A stretch of DNA of 64,000 nucleotides from positions 143,313-207,312 of the forward strand of contig JANRIG010000019.1 of NCBI GenBank assembly GCA_033765235.1, read 5' to 3'. Numbering within the stretch: position 1 is the first letter of the stretch; every line of letters starts with the position of its first letter. The stretch comes from Cytophagales bacterium. GTDB lineage: Bacteria; Bacteroidota; Bacteroidia; Cytophagales; UBA9547. The notes beneath the pieces are model-generated. The model worked only from the letters and a program-made list of their open reading frames with translations. It was not told the origin of the DNA and did no database searches. Of this stretch, positions 16,132 through 26,805 are shown in pieces. The translations under genes were made by a program, and so were the position numbers.

Positions 16132-17466
16132 ATGGCTCATAAGCCTAAAGTATTAATGCTCGGGTGGGAATTTCCACCAATATTGAATGGTGGTCTTGGT
16201 GTGGCCTCTTACGGACTTACAAAAGCCCTCTCAAAACTGGTAGATATTACACTCATACTTCCTATTACAGACCCCAACTTTTGGGTAGAAAATATTGAGA
16301 TGATTGGGCTTAATAATTTTGATATAGAAAATATCAAAATTAATTCTACTACCCAGAGATATGAGTTTTTAGAACATATACAAATAGAAAAAATAGCTGC
16401 CAACCTGCTCCCCTATCAGGTGGCAGACAAAGTATTGTTTGAAAGTACATTTTCTACATCTGAGTTGCATCCACTAAAAGAAAAACTCAGAGAAGAACTT
16501 GAGGTATTCAAGACCAATGACCTTTATGATGGTGCTTTGGGACAGAGAGTGTACAATTTTTCAAAAATGGCATGTATATTAGCTTTCAAAAAAGATTTTG
16601 ACATTATACATGCACACGATTGGATGACACTTGTAGCTGCCATGGAGATAAAGAGTGCTACCCAAAAGCCAATGGTAGCACACATACATTCACTTGAGAT
16701 AGACCGTAATGGTGTAGAAAGCTATGGCAACTGGATAAGTCAAATTGAGAAAACAGCTATGGAAATGGCCGATATGGTAGTAGCTGTGAGCCAATATACG
16801 GCAAACCTTATCAAAGAGGTGTATAAAATACCTGCTCACAAAGTATATGCAGTGCACAATGCCATAGATCAAGTACCTGTATTCAGAAGTGAGAGCAGCC
16901 TACCCGAAAAAGTAGTAATGTTTTTGGGCAGAGTCACAGGACAAAAAGGTCCTGAACTCTTCATGGATGTAGCTACCAAAGTACTCGAATATATACCCAA
17001 TGTACGGTTTGTAATGGCAGGCACAGGCAATAAGCTCAAAGAAATGATAGAAATGGGAGCATACAAAGATTTGGGAAACAGGTTTCACTTTACAGGCTTT
17101 TTGAGTCCCGAAAAAGTACGATATCTGCTTTCTATATCTGATGTGTATGTCATGCCCTCTGTATCAGAGCCTTTTGGACTCACTGCATTAGAAGCTGCTC
17201 AGTTTGGTGTACCATGTGTTATATCAAACCAATCAGGTGTGGCAGAGGTGCTCACAAGCGCACTCAAAGCAGACTATTGGGACGTGGACAAAATGTCTGA
17301 AAACATCATATCAATACTCAAATATAAAGGACTGCGAGACCAACTCGTGAAAGATGCCTATGCCGACCTTGCTAAAGTGAGCTGGGAAAAATCTGCAGCA
17401 GAAGTGTATAACCTATACCTACACCATATAGCCGAAGAAGAGGAAGAAGTACTCTTTATTGGGTAG
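16132..17466 (+). CDS. Glycogen-synthase-like family 4 glycosyltransferase
   Basis: VLMLGWEFPPILNGGLGVA at the N-terminus and the C-terminal block PSVSEPFGLTALEA, typical of GT-B enzymes. Confidence 0.8.
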   Translation: MAHKPKVLMLGWEFPPILNGGLGVASYGLTKALSKLVDITLILPITDPNFWVENIEMIGLNNFDIENIKINSTTQRYEFLEHIQIEKIAANLLPYQVADKVLFESTFSTSELHPLKEKLREELEVFKTNDLYDGALGQRVYNFSKMACILAFKKDFDIIHAHDWMTLVAAMEIKSATQKPMVAHIHSLEIDRNGVESYGNWISQIEKTAMEMADMVVAVSQYTANLIKEVYKIPAHKVYAVHNAIDQVPVFRSESSLPEKVVMFLGRVTGQKGPELFMDVATKVLEYIPNVRFVMAGTGNKLKEMIEMGAYKDLGNRFHFTGFLSPEKVRYLLSISDVYVMPSVSEPFGLTALEAAQFGVPCVISNQSGVAEVLTSALKADYWDVDKMSENIISILKYKGLRDQLVKDAYADLAKVSWEKSAAEVYNLYLHHIAEEEEEVLFIG

Positions 17467-17539
17467 TAATATTAATCTTTTACATGCTGTGGATTAATAT
17501 TCATGTGTTAATCAATAATTTTATGTTTATTTGCTTTTG

Positions 17540-18718
17540 ATGATATCCATTTGTTTCTACTTTCAAGTACACCAACCTTACAGAATTAATGAATTCACCT
17601 TCTTTAATATTGGCAAGAACAAGTCGTATATAAATGACGCTTTGAATGAAGAAATAATAAACAAAGTAAGCCAAAGTTGCTACTTACCTGCCAATGAGCT
17701 CATGATAAATTTAAGTTTGAAATATCCAAATAAGTTTAAAATAGCTTACAGCTTCTCAGGAATAGCCATAGAACAGATGGAAAAATATGCTCCTGATACC
17801 TTAGCTTCATTCAAAACCCTCATGCTCAACCCAAATATAGAGATATTGGGCGAAACTTACTATCACAGCTTGTCTTCTATATACATACCCGAAGAGTTTG
17901 AAAGACAAGCAAAATTGCACAGCAAAAAGGTCAAAGAAATATTTAAGCAAACACCTACCACATTTAGGAATACAGAACTTATTTACTCCAATAATACTGC
18001 TCCATTAGTGCATAATATAGGTTTCAACACCATTATTACAGAATCTGTAGGCAGAATACTCAAAGGCAAAAACGAAAACCGTATATACAATGACAGTAAC
18101 AAGCATACAAATCTTATGCTGCGCAACTACAACCTGTCAGATGATATAGGCTTTAGATTTTCTGATAAAAACTCCAAAGAATACCCGCTCACAGCCAAAA
18201 AATTTATTCACAAATTATCCAAAATAAAAGATGCTGAGTGTATCAATATTTGCCTTGACTATGAAACATTTGGCGAGCATCACAAAAAAGAAAATAAAAT
18301 ATTCGGGTTTCTTGAAAATACATTGGAAGAAATCATGAATAGTACAGATTTTGAACTTGCTACTCCCAAAGTAGTCACCTCTCTGTATAAGCCTACAGAT
18401 GTATATGATGTGAAAGAGTACATATCGTGGGCTGATACCGAGCGCGACCTTTCGGCATGGCTGGGCAATAGTATGCAGCACGAAGCCATGAAAAAAATAT
18501 ATGAGCTGCGCGAAAAAGTATTTGCCAAAAACAACAAAGAATTGATAGACCTCTGGGCTAAGCTCACCACCTCAGACCACTTTTACTACATGAGCACCAA
18601 AACCAACAGCGACGGCATGGTACACAAATACTTTAGCCCATACAATACCCCCTACGATGCATACGTATATTACATGAATATCATCTCAGACTTTGAAATA
18701 AAACTAAAAAATATTTAA
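17540..18718 (+). CDS. Glycoside hydrolase family 57 (alpha-glucan-active)
   Basis: ICFYFQVHQPYR at the N-terminus and DYETFGEH. I prefer ATG 17540 to TTG 17531. Confidence 0.75.
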   Translation: MISICFYFQVHQPYRINEFTFFNIGKNKSYINDALNEEIINKVSQSCYLPANELMINLSLKYPNKFKIAYSFSGIAIEQMEKYAPDTLASFKTLMLNPNIEILGETYYHSLSSIYIPEEFERQAKLHSKKVKEIFKQTPTTFRNTELIYSNNTAPLVHNIGFNTIITESVGRILKGKNENRIYNDSNKHTNLMLRNYNLSDDIGFRFSDKNSKEYPLTAKKFIHKLSKIKDAECINICLDYETFGEHHKKENKIFGFLENTLEEIMNSTDFELATPKVVTSLYKPTDVYDVKEYISWADTERDLSAWLGNSMQHEAMKKIYELREKVFAKNNKELIDLWAKLTTSDHFYYMSTKTNSDGMVHKYFSPYNTPYDAYVYYMNIISDFEIKLKNI

Positions 18719-18778
18719 ATTTAGATATAAGATATAAAATATTTATTTAAGTTTGAAAGCCGTATAAACCTTATAACT

Positions 18779-19261
18779 ATGAAAAAAATCTATTTTATTG
18801 TATTATTATCAATATATACAAGTGTCACATTTGCACAATACCCGTTAGCTAAAAGTAGGGCACAGCTCAATGCAGGAGTAGGCTTTTCCGGTTGGGGCTT
18901 ACCATTATTTATAGGCTTTGATTATGGAGTACACAAAGATGTATCTATAGGTGGGGAGGTAAGTTTTAGAAACTACAGCTATAGCTCAGCATATAGTGCT
19001 AATATTATAGGCATATTTGTCAATGGAAACTATCACTTCAACAGTGTATTGAATATACCAAAACCGTGGGATTTTTACGGCGGGGCTAATTTAGGTTTCT
19101 TTTTGTGGACAGGCAATTTTGGTACAGCAGGCTCCAGTGGCTTAGGATTAGGTATTCAAGTAGGGGGCAGATATTACTTCAATGATAAATTTGGCATAAA
19201 TCTTGAATTTGGAGGGGGTAACTATTATGGTGGCAAAGTCGGAATTACCTATAAATTTTAA
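18779..19261 (+). CDS. Outer-membrane beta-barrel protein (small porin-like)
   Basis: Signal peptide, Gly/aromatic-rich alternating strands, C-terminal ...GITYKF. Confidence 0.65.
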   Translation: MKKIYFIVLLSIYTSVTFAQYPLAKSRAQLNAGVGFSGWGLPLFIGFDYGVHKDVSIGGEVSFRNYSYSSAYSANIIGIFVNGNYHFNSVLNIPKPWDFYGGANLGFFLWTGNFGTAGSSGLGLGIQVGGRYYFNDKFGINLEFGGGNYYGGKVGITYKF

Positions 19262-19299
19262 TATTACATCAAATTTTAAACTTAATAATTAATAACTCT

Positions 19300-19815
19300 A
19301 TGAAAAAAATAATAAAACCCATCGCTATTGCTTTGATAGCAATATTTTCTATGCAAATGCTTACTTCTTGCTTTGGCAAGTTTGCACTCACTCGTATCAT
19401 TTACAAATTCAATGATGGTCTTGGTGGCAATGATATCGGCGGTAGGTTTATAAAAACCATCGTTATGTGGGTAATGTTAATAATACCGGTTTATGGTATT
19501 GGTTCATTTATAGACATCATCATTTTGAATCTTATAGAATTTTGGACCGGCAAAAACCCACTGGCAATGAAAGCAGGTGAGTCTGATACTCAGTTTGTAA
19601 CCTTCAAAGGCAACTCCTACAAAATGGTGGCTACCCAAGGTCAAATGATAGTAACAATACTTGATGGCAAAAATGCAGGCAAATCGCAAACTTTGTACTT
19701 CAACCAAGACCATACTATATCCATACTGCATGAAGGCCAACAGGTAAAAGTTGCACAGTTTGCGTACAACGATTATACTATGGCATCTATCAATACATCA
19801 TTGCAGGCTAATTAA
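19300..19815 (+). CDS. DUF3332-like lipoprotein
   Basis: Lipobox LTSC, then FGKFALTRIIYKFND and IIILNLIEFWTGKNP, typical of DUF3332. Confidence 0.6.
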   Translation: MKKIIKPIAIALIAIFSMQMLTSCFGKFALTRIIYKFNDGLGGNDIGGRFIKTIVMWVMLIIPVYGIGSFIDIIILNLIEFWTGKNPLAMKAGESDTQFVTFKGNSYKMVATQGQMIVTILDGKNAGKSQTLYFNQDHTISILHEGQQVKVAQFAYNDYTMASINTSLQAN

Positions 19816-20001
19816 TATATTGCCCAAAAGTCTATTTTTGAACTTATCCAATTATCATAATTATGATATATTGGGTAAGTTCATTTTTTTCATATACTTT
19901 TCTTATAATGAATTTTTGAAGGAAATAATATTATCATTTTCAAAAATTACCCTTTCATATTTTTGCCTTTATATATCTTTGTGGCAAATATATAATAGCA
20001 G

Positions 20002-20967
20002 ATGATAGTAGTGACCGGTGCTGCAGGGTTTATAGGCAGCTGTTTGATACAAAGATTAAACCAAGATTTTTTTAATTATATTATAGCTGTTGACGATTTT
20101 TCATCAGATGTAAAAATCAAAAATTTGCAAAACAAAAAAATCAAATTACAAGTACACAGGAATGATTTTTTTGACTGGTTAGACACGCACCACAGGCATG
20201 TTGAATATATATTTCACATAGGTGCTCGCACCGATACCACAGAGCTTGATACTAATATTTTTGACAGACTCAATGTAGCCTATTCACAAAAAATATGGCA
20301 AAAATGCATAGAATATCAGCTGCCGCTGGTATATGCATCCAGTGCTGCTACCTATGGCTCCGGCAGTATGGGCTATGACGATGCACATGATAAAATATCT
20401 TCACTATCACCGCTCAATCCATACGGAATATCTAAAAATGAATTTGACAAATGGGCACTTGCCCAACCTCACAAACCATATAGTTGGGTAGGTCTCAAGT
20501 TTTTTAATGTGTACGGCCCTAATGAGTACCACAAAGGCAGAATGGCTTCGGTGGTATATCATGGCTATCATCAAATAAAGAAAATGGGGGTAATAAAACT
20601 TTTTAAATCGCACAAAAGTGAATACAAAGACGGTGAGCAACTCCGCGATTTCATATATGTAAAAGATGTGGTGGAAGTATGCATGTATTTTTTGTACCAC
20701 CGCAAGCTCAACGGTATATACAATTTGGGTACGGGTACTGCACGCACATTCAACGAGCTTGCCACACATACCTTTGATGCTCTTGGTATGACACCTGCCA
20801 TACAATATATAGACATGCCACCAGACCTGCTCGACAAATATCAATACTTTACAGAAGCAAAAATACAAAAATTGACAGATGCGGGTTACCGCAAAGCATT
20901 TTATACACTGCAAGAGGGTGTACATGAATATGTGAATCAATACTTGAACCTTACTCATTATTATTAA
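20002..20967 (+). CDS. hldD: ADP-L-glycero-D-manno-heptose 6-epimerase
   Basis: MIVVTGAAGFIGS, YASSAATYG, FFNVYGPNEYHKGRMASVV and NLGTG are collinear with E. coli HldD/RfaD as I recall it. Confidence 0.85.
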   Translation: MIVVTGAAGFIGSCLIQRLNQDFFNYIIAVDDFSSDVKIKNLQNKKIKLQVHRNDFFDWLDTHHRHVEYIFHIGARTDTTELDTNIFDRLNVAYSQKIWQKCIEYQLPLVYASSAATYGSGSMGYDDAHDKISSLSPLNPYGISKNEFDKWALAQPHKPYSWVGLKFFNVYGPNEYHKGRMASVVYHGYHQIKKMGVIKLFKSHKSEYKDGEQLRDFIYVKDVVEVCMYFLYHRKLNGIYNLGTGTARTFNELATHTFDALGMTPAIQYIDMPPDLLDKYQYFTEAKIQKLTDAGYRKAFYTLQEGVHEYVNQYLNLTHYY

Positions 20968-20970
20968 TAT

Positions 20971-21825
20971 ATGACTGATACAAAGCAAGATGAGTGGACA
21001 GAAATAATAAAACCTCAAAATCCTTTTTGGAATGTGAACATAAACGAGCTCTGGCAATACCGCGACCTGATACTACTATTTGTATGGCGCGATTTTGTGG
21101 CTGTATATAAGCAGACCATACTCGGACCTCTATGGCATGTGATACAACCTGTATTTACCACCCTCATATTCACCCTTGTATTTGGCAAAATAGCACAAAT
21201 GCCTACAGATGGTGTGCCACCCATACTGTTTTATATGAGCGGCATTACTATTTGGAACTATTTTTCGCGGTGTCTTACCGCTACGTCTGCTACTTTTGTG
21301 AGCAATGCAGGTATATTTGGCAAAGTATATTTTCCGAGACTCACTGTGCCCATAGCCACCGTCATTTCAGGTTTAGTATCATTTGGCATACAGCTTTTGC
21401 TTTTTTTGTGTATTTACCTATATTATTATGTTACATCAGATAATATTATACCCAACTATATGTTGCTGCTATTGCCTGTGGTAGTGGTAGTTATGGCAAT
21501 ACAAGGGCTTAGTTGGGGTATTATCATATCATCGCTCACCACCAAATATCGCGACCTTACACAATTGATAGGCTTTGGAGTGCAACTGTGGATGTATGTG
21601 ACTCCTATCATATTGCCACTGTCTGCTGTACCTCAAAAATATAGGTGGGTAGTAGAGCTTAATCCTATTACAGGATTGGTAGAGGCTTTCAGGTATGGTT
21701 TTTTGGGAGTAGGCACCATAAGTTATACTATACTCATATTCAATGGATTATTTACAGTATTTCTATTTATTTTTGGTGCCATGCTATTTCACAAAGTAGA
21801 AAAAAATTTTATGGACACGGTGTGA
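20971..21825 (+). CDS. ABC-2 type polysaccharide/O-antigen exporter permease (Wzm/TagG-like)
   Basis: 284 aa, about 6 TM segments. The N-terminal LWQYRDLILLFVWRDFVAVYKQTILGPLW block is typical of ABC-2 permeases. Confidence 0.75.
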   Translation: MTDTKQDEWTEIIKPQNPFWNVNINELWQYRDLILLFVWRDFVAVYKQTILGPLWHVIQPVFTTLIFTLVFGKIAQMPTDGVPPILFYMSGITIWNYFSRCLTATSATFVSNAGIFGKVYFPRLTVPIATVISGLVSFGIQLLLFLCIYLYYYVTSDNIIPNYMLLLLPVVVVVMAIQGLSWGIIISSLTTKYRDLTQLIGFGVQLWMYVTPIILPLSAVPQKYRWVVELNPITGLVEAFRYGFLGVGTISYTILIFNGLFTVFLFIFGAMLFHKVEKNFMDTV

Positions 21826-21859
21826 TATATTTTTTTTTATAAAAGTCAATATACACACA

Positions 21860-22966
21860 TCACAACACCCCTTTGGTGCTGGGTATATTATCTTGACCGG
21901 TATGCCTCACTGCCATTTTTATACTTTTGGCCACAGCTTTGAATATGGCTTCTATTTTGTGGTGCTCATTATCTCCTTCGCATTTGATATTGAGGTTGCA
22001 CTTGGCCGTGTCTGTAAATGATTTCCAAAAGTGGTAAAACATTTCGGTAGGCATCTCTCCTATTTTTTCTCTATTAAATACCACATCCCATACCAGCCAT
22101 GGCCTGCCTGAGAAGTCTATAGCTGCTTGTGCAAGTGCCTCATCCATAGGCAGTAGCCATCCATAGCGCTCTATGCCTTTTTTGTTGCCCAAGGCATTTG
22201 CGTATGCCTCACCCAGTGCCAGTGCTGTATCTTCTATGGTATGGTGCTCGTCTATGTGCAAATCTCCTTTTACAGTTATTTGCAGGTCTGCTCCTGAGTG
22301 CTTGCCCAGTTGCTCCAGCATATGGTCAAAAAAACCTAAGCCTGTGTGTATATTGCATAGTCCGCTGCCGTCTATATTGAGATTGATATGTATCTTAGTC
22401 TCGTTGGTATTGCGCTCCACAATAGCTGAACGTGGAGGATTTTTCAAATATTTGTATATATCGTCCCAACTTTGGGTAGCCATTGTGCACCCGATGGGCA
22501 GCGGGGATATATTATTCCAATTTAGAAATATACTCTTTGATCCCAAATTGTTTGCCAACATCACGTCTGTAGTTCTATCCCCTATCACTACGCTTTGTGA
22601 TAGGTCATACTCAGGTTTGATATACTCCTTAAGCATGGCTGTGCCCGGTTTGCGGGTGGGTTTGTTTTCGTGCTCAAAACTTCTGTCTATATGTATATTA
22701 TGAAATATAATGCCCTCGTTGGCAAGTATTTTAAGCATAAGATTATGTGCCGGCCAAAAAGTATGCTCAGGAAAGCTTTCGGTACCCAGCCCGTCTTGGT
22801 TTGTGACCATTACTAACTTATAATCAGTATCTTGCACTATTTTTACCAAATTGTGTATGACACCCGGAATAAATTCTAATTTGTCGTAAGAGTCTATCTG
22901 GAAGTTATCTTTAGGCTCTGCTATAAGTGTGCCGTCTCTGTCTATGAATAATATTTTGGTAGCCAT
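21860..22966 (-). CDS. hisB: Bifunctional histidinol-phosphatase / imidazoleglycerol-phosphate dehydratase
   Basis: The N-terminus has the HAD block [10 protein letters not shown]. The C-terminus has IGPD blocks [16 protein letters not shown] and [10 protein letters not shown]. Confidence 0.9.
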   Translation of the reverse strand: MATKILFIDRDGTLIAEPKDNFQIDSYDKLEFIPGVIHNLVKIVQDTDYKLVMVTNQDGLGTESFPEHTFWPAHNLMLKILANEGIIFHNIHIDRSFEHENKPTRKPGTAMLKEYIKPEYDLSQSVVIGDRTTDVMLANNLGSKSIFLNWNNISPLPIGCTMATQSWDDIYKYLKNPPRSAIVERNTNETKIHINLNIDGSGLCNIHTGLGFFDHMLEQLGKHSGADLQITVKGDLHIDEHHTIEDTALALGEAYANALGNKKGIERYGWLLPMDEALAQAAIDFSGRPWLVWDVVFNREKIGEMPTEMFYHFWKSFTDTAKCNLNIKCEGDNEHHKIEAIFKAVAKSIKMAVRHTGQDNIPSTKGVL

Positions 22967-23240
22967 ATATTCAGAAATAATTTTTGCAAAAATATATTAA
23001 CCTGCATATTGTCAATTTATTTCTTAAAATTATTAAGATTATGTATTAATATATCAAAAATAATTACTGCATTGAATGACTTTGCAAAAATATGTAGTAA
23101 GAAATTGTGCCATTGAATGATAATACCATGCTGTAGAAATAATACCATCACAAATATGTATATTATCAAATAACAACGTATAACTATGAACTATTATCAA
23201 TTTTTAAGCCAAAAATAATATTTGATATTAAAAAAATTCG

Positions 23241-23305
23241 TACCTTTGCAAACTATATGTACCGAACGGCCTCATACCAAAATGTTGTGAGGTCGTTCTT
23301 TTTTT
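23241..23305 (+). promoter_or_regulatory. greA leader: promoter-like box followed by an intrinsic terminator (attenuator or short-RNA candidate)
   Basis: TACCTTTG (23241-23248) matches TAnnTTTG. The hairpin is GAACGGCCTCA (23264-23274) / TGAGGTCGTTC (23288-23298), followed by T7. The greA ATG lies 30 nt later. Confidence 0.45.
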
Positions 23306-23334
23306 AAATAATGTAGATTAAATACCACATAATT

Positions 23335-23811
23335 ATGAGTCAAATAAATTATTATACCGAAGAAGGGCTTAATAAGCTAAAAAATGAACTGCAAACACTC
23401 AAACAAAAAGGCAGACCTGAAATAGCCCGACAGATAGCAGAAGCACGTGACAAAGGCGACCTTAGCGAAAATGCAGAATATGATGCCGCCAAAGATGCCC
23501 AAGGTATGTTGGAGCTCAAAATTTCAAAATTAGAAGACCTCATTACCAATGGACGTGTGATAAACTCAGTGAATTTGGACACCAGCAAAGTAGCCATACT
23601 CACTACCGTGAAAATAAAAAACCAACTAAACAAAGCCGAGATGAAATATAAGTTGGTAGCAGAAGAAGAAGCAGATTTGAAAATTGGCAAACTATCTGTA
23701 AAATCGCCTATAGCACAAGGACTTATGGGTAAAAAGAAAGGTGACATAGCCGAGGTAAAAGCTCCTGCAGGCACTATGAAGTTTGAAATCATAGACATCA
23801 CTTTTGAATAA
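23335..23811 (+). CDS. greA: Transcription elongation factor GreA
   Basis: YYTEEGLNKLKNEL, DLSENAEYDAAK and SPIAQGLMGKKKGD blocks. Confidence 0.9.
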   Translation: MSQINYYTEEGLNKLKNELQTLKQKGRPEIARQIAEARDKGDLSENAEYDAAKDAQGMLELKISKLEDLITNGRVINSVNLDTSKVAILTTVKIKNQLNKAEMKYKLVAEEEADLKIGKLSVKSPIAQGLMGKKKGDIAEVKAPAGTMKFEIIDITFE

Positions 23812-24209
23812 TGCCAAGCATATTCACTAAAATAGTTGAGGGCACTATACCTTGCTACAAAATAGCTGAAAATGAGTATTGTATGGCATTTCTTGACATT
23901 ATGCCATTGAAAGAGGGGCATACCTTGAGCATTATCAAAACAGAGATAGACTACCTTTTTGATGTAAATGATGATTTATATCAAGAGCTTATGTCATTTA
24001 CCAAAAAAGTAGCCATAGGGCTCAAAGCTGCCATACCTTGCAATAGGATAGGAGTAGCTGTGGTAGGTCTGGAGGTGCCTCACTGTCATATACATCTCAT
24101 TCCTATCTATACCATGGATGATATGAACTTTGCACACCCTAAGCTAAAACCTACTCAAGATGAGCTCGCCCTCACAGCACAAAAAATAAGAGATAAAATA
24201 GTATTATAA
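23811..24209 (+). CDS. HIT-family (histidine triad) protein
   Basis: Contains the histidine-triad motif HCHIHLIP. 132 aa. Confidence 0.85.
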   Translation: MPSIFTKIVEGTIPCYKIAENEYCMAFLDIMPLKEGHTLSIIKTEIDYLFDVNDDLYQELMSFTKKVAIGLKAAIPCNRIGVAVVGLEVPHCHIHLIPIYTMDDMNFAHPKLKPTQDELALTAQKIRDKIVL

Positions 24210-24238
24210 CCTCACCATAGTAAGAGCACAGCACTTAT

Positions 24239-26728
24239 ATGCCTATGTTTGATACCCAAAGTGATAAATCATACATAGGTGTGATAGTACCAAGACCATT
24301 AGATAAAATATTTACCTACTACGTACCCGAACAGTATAGAGAAGCCATATCACCGGGGTCAAGAGTATTGATAGCATTTGGCAATAAACAAATAATGACT
24401 GCTGTAGTATATCAGTACATAGACCCGCAGCAGGTAGCAGGCAGCATAAAGCCTATCATAGAAGTGCTTGAGAGCACCCCTACTATTTTGCCCAATCAGT
24501 TGCAATTCATATCATGGATGAGCAGATACTATATGTGCACAGCGGGTGAAGTATTGCGTGCCATGTTGCCATCAGGCTTTAGGATATCAACTGATGCATA
24601 TTTGCAGATAAACCCGGAAGCAAATATGGATAAACTTACTGAAAAAGAGCACATTGTAATAGACATATTACAAAGATATGAAAACATATCAGCCAAAGAA
24701 CTTGCAAAACACACCAATATATTCAACATACAACCTATACTTTCAAGGCTTATCAAAAACAATATTGTACTTACTTATGAAGAAATAAAGTATAAATACA
24801 AACCATCTTTTCAGAAAAAAATAAGATTTGTAAGTCAATACATAAAAAATCAAAATACACTAAAGCAACTGATAGATACATTAGAAAAAAAACCTGCACA
24901 GCAAGATGTTATTCTTAAAATAATACAATTTTTACCTGTATTACAGCAACCTTCAATAAATACCAAAGGGTTGCCCAAAAATATATTATTAGATGAAAAA
25001 ATATCTGTTTCTGCACTTAATACGTTAGTAAAAAATAATATTTTAGAAGAATTTAACGAAATAAAACCGAGAATATCGTATCCTGAAATCACTGAGCCTC
25101 TGCCAATTTTATCTGTGATACAGCAAAAATCATATTTAGGTATTATTACACAATTTGAAAAAAAGAATACTGTGCTGCTGCACGGCATTACAGGGAGTGG
25201 CAAAACAGAAATATACATACACCTCATACACAAGGTAATATCTGAAGGGCAGCAAGCACTGTATATGCTCCCAGAGATAGCACTTACCACCCAGATAGTA
25301 CAAAGATTGGTAAAAATATTCGGCAAAAAAATGGGAGTGTATCATTCCAAATTTTCTGATAATGAACGAGTAGAACTGTGGAATAAGCTGAGAAACAAAG
25401 AAATACAATTGGTATTAGGCGTGCGCTCCTCTATTTTTTTGCCATTTACCGACCTGGGACTAATAGTGATAGACGAAGAACACGAACCTTCATACAAACA
25501 ATATGACCCTGCTCCTCGCTATCATGCGAGAGATGCAGCACTTTATCTCGCACAAATGTATTATGCCAAAGTACTATTGGGCTCAGCTACACCTTCTGTA
25601 GAAACTTACTTTCATACACAAACCAACAAATGGGGCTTGGAGACTATGACCGAAAGATACCATGCTACTACCCTACCCCAAATACATATATTAGACATAA
25701 AACAAGACAAAAAAGATAAAAAACTTAAAAATGAATTTTCTGAAAAATTATACAATGAGGTACAGCAAAATTTAGTTGCCAAAAAACAAACACTGCTTTT
25801 TCAAAACAGACGAGGATATGCCCCTTATATTGAATGCACAGAATGCGGCCATGTACCATACTGCAAACACTGCGATGTGAGCCTCACTTACCACATGCGC
25901 AGCAATTATATGATATGCCACTATTGCGGATACAAAGAGCATATGCCTCACCATTGTATAGAATGTGGCTCCAAAAGCATAAAAACCGTAGGATTTGGCA
26001 CCGAAAAACTAGAACAAGATACCTCGCTCATGTATGCTAATGCCCACATTACCCGCATAGACCAAGACACAGCCTCTACCCCCAAAAAGATGGAAAATAT
26101 AGTGGCAGATATATCCAATGCCAAAACAGATATAGTGATAGGCACACAGATGGTGGCTAAAGGATTTGACTTTGACAACATTACATTGGTAGGAATATTT
26201 GACATAGACAGGCTACTGCACTATCCTGATTTCAGGTCGCATGAGCGTGTATATCAGCTCATTACACAAGTGGCAGGCAGAGCAGGTCGCAAAATACCTG
26301 ATGCAAGAGTATATATACAAACAGCCATGCCCGCACATCCTGTATTTGCAAAGGTGCAATCACAGGACTATCAGGGATTTTATAATAGCGAAATTGAAGA
26401 GCGCAAAAAATATGGCTATCCGCCATTTACACGCATCATAAAAATAACGGTGAAAGACAGCAAACCAGATATACCCGGTGCTGCTGCTGATAAATTGACC
26501 AATATATTGCGCAAGCAATTGGGCAGCCACCGTGTACTAGGACCTGAGATACCTTATATATCCAAAATAAGGGAGCAATACATTGCAAATGTATTACTTA
26601 AAATAGAAAAAGAAAATGTAGATATGAATAAGGTAAAAAACATAGTATATCAAGCTGTAAATAGCATCATTTTCAATACATTATACAAAAGTTGCTATGT
26701 GGCAGCAGATGTGGACCCTGTGAGTTAA
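24239..26728 (+). CDS. priA: Primosomal protein N' (replication restart helicase PriA)
   Basis: LLHGITGSGKTEIY (Walker A), VIDEEHE, the Cys-rich zinc region CTECGHVPYCKHCDVSLTYH...CHYCG, and GTQMVAKGFDF. Confidence 0.9.
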   Translation: MPMFDTQSDKSYIGVIVPRPLDKIFTYYVPEQYREAISPGSRVLIAFGNKQIMTAVVYQYIDPQQVAGSIKPIIEVLESTPTILPNQLQFISWMSRYYMCTAGEVLRAMLPSGFRISTDAYLQINPEANMDKLTEKEHIVIDILQRYENISAKELAKHTNIFNIQPILSRLIKNNIVLTYEEIKYKYKPSFQKKIRFVSQYIKNQNTLKQLIDTLEKKPAQQDVILKIIQFLPVLQQPSINTKGLPKNILLDEKISVSALNTLVKNNILEEFNEIKPRISYPEITEPLPILSVIQQKSYLGIITQFEKKNTVLLHGITGSGKTEIYIHLIHKVISEGQQALYMLPEIALTTQIVQRLVKIFGKKMGVYHSKFSDNERVELWNKLRNKEIQLVLGVRSSIFLPFTDLGLIVIDEEHEPSYKQYDPAPRYHARDAALYLAQMYYAKVLLGSATPSVETYFHTQTNKWGLETMTERYHATTLPQIHILDIKQDKKDKKLKNEFSEKLYNEVQQNLVAKKQTLLFQNRRGYAPYIECTECGHVPYCKHCDVSLTYHMRSNYMICHYCGYKEHMPHHCIECGSKSIKTVGFGTEKLEQDTSLMYANAHITRIDQDTASTPKKMENIVADISNAKTDIVIGTQMVAKGFDFDNITLVGIFDIDRLLHYPDFRSHERVYQLITQVAGRAGRKIPDARVYIQTAMPAHPVFAKVQSQDYQGFYNSEIEERKKYGYPPFTRIIKITVKDSKPDIPGAAADKLTNILRKQLGSHRVLGPEIPYISKIREQYIANVLLKIEKENVDMNKVKNIVYQAVNSIIFNTLYKSCYVAADVDPVS

Positions 26729-26805
26729 TGATGGATATATGTGTAAACAATATTTGCAATAAAATATCATTTTATAAATTTGTAGCCATTTTCATAATAA
26801 GTAAT

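Noticed and set aside
20407-21057. 216-aa minus-strand ORF spanning the hldD / ABC permease junction
   Set aside because: It lies entirely antisense to two well-supported genes. Its Cys/His/Phe-rich composition is typical of shadow frames.
22173-22703. 176-aa + strand ORF inside hisB
   Set aside because: It is antisense to a clear hisB and has no motif.
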